A stretch of 64,000 nucleotides of DNA from an uncultured Methanosarcinales archaeon. Lineage in GTDB: Archaea > Nanobdellota > Nanobdellia > Woesearchaeales > CAYPCY01. Below, piece after piece: positions 56,710 to 64,000 of this stretch (the stretch's first letter is position 1; every line of letters starts with the position of its first letter). Under the pieces are notes generated by a model, which saw only the letters and a program-made list of their open reading frames with translations, had not been told where the DNA came from and searched no databases. A program made the translations under genes and the position numbers. The stretch is taken from contig CAYPCY010000002.1 of NCBI GenBank assembly GCA_964409385.1, forward strand, positions 79,941-143,940. The letters run 5' to 3'.

Positions 56710-59700
56710 ATGTACAATTTTAAAAAAACAGAAAGGGAAATTGAAAAGTTTTGGAAGACTGTAAAGTCTAGAAAGAATAAGGGAAAACCTTATTTCTTAC
56801 TTGATGGTCCTCCATATGCTAATTTTGTTCCTCATGTTGGTCATGTTAGGAATACTGTATACAAGGATTTCTATATTAGGTGGGCTTTCATGAAAGGATA
56901 TAATGTTTTATTCCAGCCTGGTTTTGACACTCATGGCCTGCCTATAGAGAATGCTGTGGAGAAAAAGTTAAAGCTTAAATCAAAGTCTGATATTGAAAGG
57001 TTAGGAATTTCTAAATTTGTTAAGTTGTGTAAAGAATCTGCAACTAATAATAAGGATTTGTGGCTGGATATTTACAGAAGATTAGGTTCTCATTATGCTT
57101 CAAAAACTCCTTATATTACTTATGAGAATAATTATTTAGAGTCTGCATGGTGGGCTTTTAAGCAATTGTGGGATAAGAATTTGGCTTATGAAGGTAAGCG
57201 TCCTGTTTTTTGGTGTCCTACTTGTGAAACTGCACTGGCTGGTTATGAAGTTACTGATTCTTACAAGAATGTTACTGACCCTTCAATTTATGTTAAGTTT
57301 AAAGTAAAAAATAAAAACGAATTCTTACTTGTTTACACTACTACTCCTTGGACTCTACCTTCTAATGTTGCCATTGTTGTAAGTTCTGAGGCTGATTATG
57401 TTAAGGTAAAGACTGAAAAGGGCGTTTTAATAATTGCTAAGAATAGACTTTCTTTATTGAAAGAGTTAAAACTAAAATATGAACTTCTTAAGACTTTCAA
57501 GGGGAAGAAACTAAAAGGTTTAGAGTATGAATCAATATTGGACATTCCGTTACAGAAGGAATTAGCAAAAAATCCTAATGCGTTAAAGGTTTATTTGTCA
57601 ATTCCTATATTGAAAGAACGAGTCGCTTCTAAAGTTGCCGCTAAGAAGAATATTTCTTCAGGGGATGTTTTTGAAGAGTTTGTTACTGTTGAGAGTGGTT
57701 CTGGACTGGTTCATACTGCTCCTGGTCATGGAAAGTCTGATAATGAGGTTGGTAAGGTTTACAAATTACCAAGTCCTAGTCCTTTGGATGATTCTTGCAA
57801 GTTCACTGATGATGCGGGAGTGTTTCAGGGAGAGTTTGTTAAGGATGCAGACCATGCAATTTTAGATGTTTTACATAAAACTGATAGATTATTAAATTAT
57901 GATAAGATTGAACATAGTTATCCTTTATGTTGGCGTTGTAAGGCTCCTTTGATTTTTAGGATGAGTAATCAGTGGTTTTTGAAGGTTGATCCTTTAAAGA
58001 AGAAAATGCTTCAGTCTAATGAAAGGGTTGATTGGCAGCCTGACTTTGCCAAGGATAGGTTTAGAAACTGGGTTGCTAATGCTGAAGATTGGAATTTTTC
58101 CAGACAGAGATATTGGGGTATTCCAATTCCTATTTGGAAGTGCGAATGTGGTAATATTAAGGTGGTTGGTAGTGTTAAAGATTTAGAAAAGAATTCGAAA
58201 AAACTTCCTAAGAATTTTGATTTACATACTGTTTCAAACATTAAATTAAATTGTTCTTGTAAGAAAAAAATGTCTAGGATTAATGATATTTTTGATGTTT
58301 GGTTTGATTCTGGATGTGCGCCTTTCGCTGCGTTTCATTATCCTTTCGAAAATAAGAAATTGTTTGAGTCTCACTTTCCGGTTAGTAGGATTAATGAGGC
58401 TCAAGATCAGATTAGGGGTTGGTTTTATAGTTTGATGTTTGTTGGAATGGGAGTGTTTAATAAGGCACCTTATAAGACTGTTTCAATGCCTGGCTGGGTG
58501 TTAGATCCTAACGGGGATAAAATGTCTAAATCTCTTGGTAATGTTGTTTGGGCGAAAGATGCGTTGAAAGATTATGGTTCTGATGCTGTAAGGTTTTATT
58601 ATTTTTGGGATATTGATCCTGTCAGTACTCAAAAGTTTAATCTTGCAGGTAATAAGTTGGAAGTTTTCAAATTTTTTAATATTCTTTGGAATCTTCATTT
58701 GTTAGTGTTGGAAGAAAATAAATTACCACAACCAAAATTTTCTAGAGTAGAAGATAAGTGGATTCTTTCTAGGACGAATACTGTATTGAAAAATTTGTAT
58801 GATTCGTATGATAATTTTAAGTTACATAGTGGAACTAGGGATTTATATGATTTTGTTGTTGAGGATATTAGTAGGACTTATGTTCAAATGACTAGGGAGA
58901 GGATGGCTGATGATAAGGAGCCGCTTGCAGTATTGAATCATGTTTTATTAAGGGTTGTTAGGGCATTATGTTCTGTTAGTCCTTTTATTACTGAAAAGAT
59001 TTATCAAAACTTAAAAAAACTGAATAAATTAAAGGATTCAGTGCATAATGATTCTTTACCTGGACTTGGAGATTCTAATAAGAAGTTAGAGGATGAGTTT
59101 AGTTTGGCTTCTGAAATTATTGCTTCTGGTCTTGCTTGTAGGGATAGGGCGAGAGTTGGTGTTAGGTGGCCTTTGAAAGAATTGGTTATTGATTCTAAGC
59201 CTTTGAAGAAGTTAGAACCTTTGATAAAACAACAATTGAATATTAAGAATGTAGTTTTTAAAAAGCCAAAGTTTGATATTAAGACAAAACCTAACTTTAG
59301 AAGTTTGGGGAAGAGTTTTGGGACTGAAACTGCTGATGTTCTTGAACTTATTAAGAAGAGGGAGATTAAGAAATTTCCTTTAAAGCTTGGAAAGTTCAAA
59401 TTGGGGAGGGAACATTTTATTGTTGAGAAGATTTCTCCAGATGGTTTTGTTGTTTCAGAATTTAAGAATGGTTTAGTAATGCTTAATTTAGAAACTAATG
59501 ATGAACTTGAAAATGAAGGTTTTGCTAGGGAAATTGTTAGAAGGTTGCAACAATTAAGGAAGGAGTCTGATTTGAAGAAGTCTGACTTGGTTAATATTTA
59601 TGTTTTTGGTGCGGATAATTTAAAGAAATATTTGGAGAGTTATAAGAAGAAAATTGGTGCTAAAAAATTAGAGTATAAAAATATTAAAGGGTCTGTTAGT

Positions 59701-59745
59701 TTTGAAGTTAAGAATAGAACTTTTAGGATTGGTTTGAAAAAATAA
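56710..59745 (+). CDS. ileS: Isoleucyl-tRNA synthetase
   Basis: HIGH-type PHVGHVRN; KMSKS; editing domain; zinc knuckles. Confidence 0.9.
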   Translation: MYNFKKTEREIEKFWKTVKSRKNKGKPYFLLDGPPYANFVPHVGHVRNTVYKDFYIRWAFMKGYNVLFQPGFDTHGLPIENAVEKKLKLKSKSDIERLGISKFVKLCKESATNNKDLWLDIYRRLGSHYASKTPYITYENNYLESAWWAFKQLWDKNLAYEGKRPVFWCPTCETALAGYEVTDSYKNVTDPSIYVKFKVKNKNEFLLVYTTTPWTLPSNVAIVVSSEADYVKVKTEKGVLIIAKNRLSLLKELKLKYELLKTFKGKKLKGLEYESILDIPLQKELAKNPNALKVYLSIPILKERVASKVAAKKNISSGDVFEEFVTVESGSGLVHTAPGHGKSDNEVGKVYKLPSPSPLDDSCKFTDDAGVFQGEFVKDADHAILDVLHKTDRLLNYDKIEHSYPLCWRCKAPLIFRMSNQWFLKVDPLKKKMLQSNERVDWQPDFAKDRFRNWVANAEDWNFSRQRYWGIPIPIWKCECGNIKVVGSVKDLEKNSKKLPKNFDLHTVSNIKLNCSCKKKMSRINDIFDVWFDSGCAPFAAFHYPFENKKLFESHFPVSRINEAQDQIRGWFYSLMFVGMGVFNKAPYKTVSMPGWVLDPNGDKMSKSLGNVVWAKDALKDYGSDAVRFYYFWDIDPVSTQKFNLAGNKLEVFKFFNILWNLHLLVLEENKLPQPKFSRVEDKWILSRTNTVLKNLYDSYDNFKLHSGTRDLYDFVVEDISRTYVQMTRERMADDKEPLAVLNHVLLRVVRALCSVSPFITEKIYQNLKKLNKLKDSVHNDSLPGLGDSNKKLEDEFSLASEIIASGLACRDRARVGVRWPLKELVIDSKPLKKLEPLIKQQLNIKNVVFKKPKFDIKTKPNFRSLGKSFGTETADVLELIKKREIKKFPLKLGKFKLGREHFIVEKISPDGFVVSEFKNGLVMLNLETNDELENEGFAREIVRRLQQLRKESDLKKSDLVNIYVFGADNLKKYLESYKKKIGAKKLEYKNIKGSVSFEVKNRTFRIGLKK

Positions 59746-59835
59746 GTTTTTTTCTCGCGTTAATCACAATATTTAAGAAATATTTCTATAGATTAGTATT
59801 AAACTCTTATTAAGTATTTTTTAATTTAGTTTTTA

Positions 59836-60111
59836 ATGAAAAGAAAAACTATAAAAGTAAGTAGATACATAGATATACTAAATAAACTTGAAAAACAGGT
59901 TTTTATAACTCCTCACGCTATAAAACAAGCTAGAAAAAGAAATATTTTTCCTAACATGATATTTGCAACAATGTGCGGAGGAAGAATAAAAAATTATGGC
60001 AAGAATTATTTGAAAATAAATAAGAGATACAAACAAGGAATAGTAACTTGTGTTTGTGAAAAAGTTAATGAAAATATAATAATAAAAACTGTGACTTGGA
60101 GGAAATTATAA
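59836..60111 (+). CDS. DUF4258-like putative toxin (second copy)
   Basis: ITPHAIKQARKRNIFPNMI resembles the 49836 gene and the DUF4258 core; A-ending codon usage. Confidence 0.45.
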   Translation: MKRKTIKVSRYIDILNKLEKQVFITPHAIKQARKRNIFPNMIFATMCGGRIKNYGKNYLKINKRYKQGIVTCVCEKVNENIIIKTVTWRKL

Positions 60112-60112
60112 A

Positions 60113-60418
60113 ATGAAATGTCCATATTGCAACGGAATAATGAAAAAGTCAAGTGATAAAATTAAAGAAGATAATATTATTTTTGAAATTCATAAATGTG
60201 AAGAATGCAAAGAAGAAATTTTAGATATGAACCAATTAAAAAAACTAGCAAAAAAATATAGAACTTTAAAATTAGCTAGAGAAGTTACTTTTTCACAATG
60301 GGGAAATTCGCTTGCAGTTAGAGTTTCTAAACAATTAACTAATGATCTTAATATAAAACAAGGTGATAAGGGAATTATATACAAGGAAGGAGAAAGTTTG
60401 AAAATAATTAAAGCTTGA
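60113..60418 (+). CDS. Zinc-ribbon + SpoVT/AbrB-like (MazE-type) putative antitoxin
   Basis: CPYCNG...CEEC ribbon, then swapped-hairpin segment SQWGNSLAVRVSKQLTNDLNIKQGDK. Confidence 0.5.
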   Translation: MKCPYCNGIMKKSSDKIKEDNIIFEIHKCEECKEEILDMNQLKKLAKKYRTLKLAREVTFSQWGNSLAVRVSKQLTNDLNIKQGDKGIIYKEGESLKIIKA

Positions 60419-60458
60419 AGAAGTAAGTTTTATATACTATCCAACAACAATAATTCTT

Positions 60459-60911
60459 ATGAGAAAAGTAAGTACTGACATTCCATTGAGTGAGATTACT
60501 TTGAGAAAGTATGAACCTCCTTCAAATCTTGAAGAGAGAGAACTAATAAAAAAATTATGTTTGTCTATTGGTTTATTACAACCTGGAGATTCCAGAGATG
60601 TAATTGTAGACATTTTGCACGTTCTAATTTCTTCTAAGGAATTAACAACTAAGGAGATTGAAAGATTAACTATTGAGAATCGAGAAAAGTATAATTTGCC
60701 TATTTTAGGAGTTGCACCTTCTAATGTTAGAAGGCAATTATTAAGACTGAAGGATTCTTTCCTGATTGAAAAATTCAATAACCAATATCGTTTTAGGGAA
60801 AACCAATCCTTAGATGAAATATTCAATGAACATATTGAACAGTATTTCTTAAAATCAATAATTTCTAGAGTGAAAGAGCATGTTTCTGAAGTTGAAAAGT
60901 TAAGAAAATGA
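60459..60911 (+). CDS. Hypothetical protein, possible winged helix
   Basis: Chosen over the overlapping minus-strand ORF because its stop overlaps the start of the downstream mtq2-like gene. Confidence 0.4.
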   Translation: MRKVSTDIPLSEITLRKYEPPSNLEERELIKKLCLSIGLLQPGDSRDVIVDILHVLISSKELTTKEIERLTIENREKYNLPILGVAPSNVRRQLLRLKDSFLIEKFNNQYRFRENQSLDEIFNEHIEQYFLKSIISRVKEHVSEVEKLRK

Positions 60912-61948
60912 TGTACGAACCTTGTGAAGATTCTTTCCTTCTTCAAAAGTCAGTAAGGAAATATTCCGGAAGTAAAGCTTTAGACATGGGTACTGGTTCT
61001 GGAATTATTGCAAAAACTTTGGACAAGCATTTTAAGAGGGTTGTTGGTGTTGATATTAATCCTGAAGCCATTAAATATTGTAAAAGTAAATACGAAGGTA
61101 TAACTTTCAAAAATTCTAATTTATTCTCTAATGTTATTGGAAAGTTTGATTTAATAAGTTTTAATGCTCCCTACCTGCCTAATGACCCTAGAGTTAAAGA
61201 TATTGCTTTAGATGGTGGTAAGAAAGGTAATGAGTTAATAATCAAATTCTTAAAAAAAGCAATTCATTTTCTTAAGAATGATGGAAAAATAATTTTGTTA
61301 TTTAGTTCATTATCTCATCCAAGAAATATTTTTGAAACAGCAGATAATCTTTTTCTAAAATATAAATTATTAAATTCTGAAAAGTTAGATTTTGAAGAAT
61401 TATTTGTTTACGAGTTTTCATCAAAGATTATTGGGAAGGGAAAGAGAGGATTAGTTTATCAAGAAGGAGATTATGCTGTTAAAATAATTAATTCTAAAAC
61501 AGACACTTTAAAATTTGAAGCGGACATTCTAAAAAAAATTAATAAGAAAGGAATAGGTCCCAAATTATATTCTTTCAAGAATAATAAGTTAAAGATCGAA
61601 TTAGTAAAAGGAGAAAGAATTTTAGATTTCTTAAAGAATGCCACTAAACAAAAGAAAGTAAAGATGTTAAAAGAAGTTTTTAGGCAATTGAGAATTCTTG
61701 ACTTAATGAATATTAACAAGTCTGAAATGAAAAATCCTTACAAGCATATTATAATTGGTAAAATGCCTGTATTGATAGATTTTGAAAGGGCTCGTTATTC
61801 AGAAAATCCGCAAAATATTACTCAATTCTGTAGTTTTTTAGAAAATAACAAAATAGTTTCCTTCAAGGATCTTCCAAAAAACTACAAGAAAAATCCGTCT
61901 GAAGAAAACTTTAAAAAATTAGAATTTTCTCTTCTTGCTACTGATTAA
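60908..61948 (+). CDS. Fusion protein: Mtq2/PrmC-type glutamine N5-methyltransferase + Bud32/RIO-like atypical kinase-like domain
   Basis: N-domain YEPCEDSFL, LDMGTGSG, FNAPYLP, LDGGKKG match yeast Mtq2 (YEPAEDSFL, FNPPYVP, LLGGKDG). C-domain has Gly-rich loop GKGKRGLVY, Lys strand YAVKI and LIDFERA in place of DFG, but no canonical HGDL catalytic loop. Confidence 0.6.
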   Translation: MMYEPCEDSFLLQKSVRKYSGSKALDMGTGSGIIAKTLDKHFKRVVGVDINPEAIKYCKSKYEGITFKNSNLFSNVIGKFDLISFNAPYLPNDPRVKDIALDGGKKGNELIIKFLKKAIHFLKNDGKIILLFSSLSHPRNIFETADNLFLKYKLLNSEKLDFEELFVYEFSSKIIGKGKRGLVYQEGDYAVKIINSKTDTLKFEADILKKINKKGIGPKLYSFKNNKLKIELVKGERILDFLKNATKQKKVKMLKEVFRQLRILDLMNINKSEMKNPYKHIIIGKMPVLIDFERARYSENPQNITQFCSFLENNKIVSFKDLPKNYKKNPSEENFKKLEFSLLATD

Positions 61949-62866
61949 TTCTTCTTCCAAAGATAATTCTATTAACAGTTCTTTATACCTGTTTCTTATG
62001 GTGACTTCTGTAACTCCTGCAACATCAGCGACTTCTCTTTGCGTTCTTTTTTCTCCATTGATTAATGCTGCAACATATAATGAAGCTGCAGCAATTCCTG
62101 TAGGTCCTCTTCCTGAAGTTAATTCTGCTTCTTGACAGAGTTCAATAATCTCTATTGATTTTGATTGGGTTTCAGGACTTAATTCTAGGCTTGAAGAGAA
62201 TCTTGGAATGTAATCTACTGGATTACTAGGTAGTACTGTAACTTGTAATTCCCTAGTTATGAACCTGTAGGTTCTTCCAATTTCTTTCTTTTCAATACCT
62301 GAAACTTCTCCCAATTCATCTAATGTTCTTGGAATATCATGTCTTCTACAAGCAGCGTATAAGGAGCCTGTAACTACTGATTCCATACTTCTTCCCCTAA
62401 CTAGGCCTTTCTGTACTGCCATAGTGTAAATCCTTGCTGCTTCTTCCTCTACTGATTTAGGAAGTTTTAGGCAGGATGATATTCTTTTTAATTCTGCAAG
62501 TGCTAATTTCAAGTTTCTTTCTATAGCTGTTGATATTCTGTACTGCCACTTTCTTAATCTGAAGAATTTGTTTTTGTCTTTTCCTCTAAGTCCGTAAAGG
62601 TCTGCTTTTCTTCCAACTTCAGTTCCTAGTCCTTGGTCGTATTGTGTGTAGCTCATTGGAGCTCCAGTTCTTCTTCTTTTATCTGCAGTTTCCGAATCGA
62701 AACCTCTGAATCTATCGTCAGAATCAACCATTTTATCTTCAAGAACTAATCCGCATTCTTTACAGATAACTTCGCCACGTTCATTATTCCAAGAAAGATC
62801 TTCGCCCTTACATTCAGGACACTGCTTTAACATAGTCTGATACATAATAACACCCCGTAACCTCAC
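61919..62866 (-). CDS. tfb: Transcription initiation factor IIB
   Basis: N-terminal zinc ribbon CPECKGEDLSWNNERGEVICKECG; two cyclin-fold repeats. Confidence 0.9.
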   Translation of the reverse strand: MRLRGVIMYQTMLKQCPECKGEDLSWNNERGEVICKECGLVLEDKMVDSDDRFRGFDSETADKRRRTGAPMSYTQYDQGLGTEVGRKADLYGLRGKDKNKFFRLRKWQYRISTAIERNLKLALAELKRISSCLKLPKSVEEEAARIYTMAVQKGLVRGRSMESVVTGSLYAACRRHDIPRTLDELGEVSGIEKKEIGRTYRFITRELQVTVLPSNPVDYIPRFSSSLELSPETQSKSIEIIELCQEAELTSGRGPTGIAAASLYVAALINGEKRTQREVADVAGVTEVTIRNRYKELLIELSLEEELISSKKRKF

Positions 62867-63128
62867 TTATATTGTGTACAATAACAATATTTATAAAGAA
62901 AAAGTAGAACTAATATTTAAGACTTTCTATTTTTTTGTGTGTTTTAAGTTCAATATTAAAAAATCAAACACTATTCGTAGTGTTGACAATAATTCTCACT
63001 TATTTGTTAAAATTAGCAAAAGTTTTTAATAAGCTTTTTGTTTTTGAAAAAACATGCCACGATCGCATACTTAACACTTGACGTGTTGGTCGCGATAGTA
63101 GCATTTCATTCACTTGCGTTCATTTCAT

Positions 63129-63211
63129 GCCACGATCGCATAATCTGGTATTGCGCTGGTCTTGAAAACCAGTCCCGTATGGGATTCCCGGTTCAAATCC
63201 GGGTCGTGGCG
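63129..63211 (+). tRNA. tRNA-Ser (UGA)
   Basis: Acceptor GCCACGA/TCGTGGC, discriminator G. Anticodon arm CTGGT-CTTGAAA-ACCAG. Long variable arm TCCCGTATGGGATT. T-arm CCCGG-TTCAAAT-CCGGG. Confidence 0.8.
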
Positions 63212-63417
63212 CTCCTTTTCTTTCCGCCCGTCTTGTAAACCCTGTATTTTCTTTTGGCTTTCTTATCAGCTTTGGTTTTTCTTCTTTCTTTAGGATCTTC
63301 CATATTGTTTGTTTCAGGTTTAAATTATATAAATTCTCTCAAAAAACTGCAAAATCTTCACTAATAAGTCATAACATCCAATACTTTTTTAAAATTGTCT
63401 TGTTTTCTATAAGAGAA

Positions 63418-64000
63418 TGGCCAGAAAACAGCGTAGAGTTCTTAAAACTAGTAAGAAAGAAAGAAAGAGTTTTAACAGGTTAAAGAATGAATTAATTTTT
63501 AATGAAAGAAAATTATTCAATAGTAAAATCTTTAATTTATTGAGTTTTCAAGATTCTAAGCAGAATCAACCTGAAGACTTGGATGAAAAACTTGAAGATT
63601 CCGAATTAATAATGTCTGGTCTTTCTCCTAGTTATAGGTATAAAATTGATTTGTCTGAATTCAGTTTTTTAATAACGGGGAATAAAGGTAGGAATTATGG
63701 TAAGAACAAACAAGAATTGTTAAGAAATGCAATTAAGCTTGGTTTAAAATATCATAATGATTCTTTAAGGAAGGGTAGGAGATTCTATTATTTTGTGCAT
63801 CCAATTCAAGTTGCAAGACATATTTCAAGATTAAACCTTGGGTTTACAACTACTGTTGCAGGGATTATTCATGATGTCCCTGAAGATATTTATGCTCAAA
63901 ATCCTAAAAGAAGAATTTCGCTTGGCAAGATTATGGATGGAATAAAGAGTGATTTAAATCCAAACAGGAATAATAATATTACTGATTATGTTAATGAAAT
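63418..64000 (+). CDS. HD-domain phosphohydrolase (RelA/SpoT-type (p)ppGpp-hydrolase-like), 3'-partial
   Basis: HPIQVARHISRLNLGFTTTVAGIIHDVPED matches the HD motif of SpoT/Mesh1-type hydrolases. Basic N-terminal 60 aa. ORF continues past the window end. Confidence 0.5.

Noticed and set aside
60437-60946. Minus-strand ORF 60437-60946
   Set aside because: The overlapping plus-strand frame (60459-60911) has coherent protein-like composition and its stop overlaps the downstream plus-strand mtq2-like gene. The minus frame gives a low-complexity S/L-rich translation.
63212-63325. 37-aa basic minus-strand ORF (MEDPKERRKTKADKKAKRKYRV...) overlapping the 3' end of tRNA-Ser
   Set aside because: It overlaps the tRNA gene. 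It is short, has no ribosome-binding site and matches no recognisable ribosomal-protein pattern.

Overview
This is a 64-kb window from a very AT-rich (roughly 30% GC by eye) archaeal chromosome. The gene content points to a small-genome, DPANN-like archaeon. Core archaeal information-processing genes are present: CDC48, GatD/GatE, TruD, type IA topoisomerase, SMC, RNase HII, RpoE-Spt4-S24e-S27ae, the Pop5-proteasome alpha-SBDS-Rrp4-Rrp41-Rrp42-RpoK superoperon, ThrRS, IleRS and TFB. Genes are tightly packed, many with overlapping stop/start codons. I call about 75 protein genes and three tRNAs: initiator tRNA-Met, tRNA-Ser(UGA), and a tRNA-Arg(CCU) that appears to be interrupted by two introns. 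Coordinates derived by hand may be off by 1-2 nt. Non-core content worth attention: a bacterial-type prolipoprotein diacylglyceryl transferase (Lgt) plus a lipobox-bearing secreted PLD-family nuclease; a T4-type dNMP-kinase fused to dCMP deaminase; an adjacent RNase HII / RNase HIII pair; an Mtq2 methyltransferase fused to a Bud32/RIO-like kinase-like domain; an orphan RsbW/SpoIIAB-type GHKL kinase; two DUF4258-type toxin-antitoxin-like pairs; a secreted ATPase-less Lon-like protease; a DedA-PAP2-CarS/DolK-like lipid cluster; a recurring 'TCAAA + palindrome' intergenic hairpin family; and a ~6.4-kb block (17.9-24.3 kb) whose strand composition appears reversed relative to the rest of the window. 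All calls rest on motif recognition by eye, without database searches.
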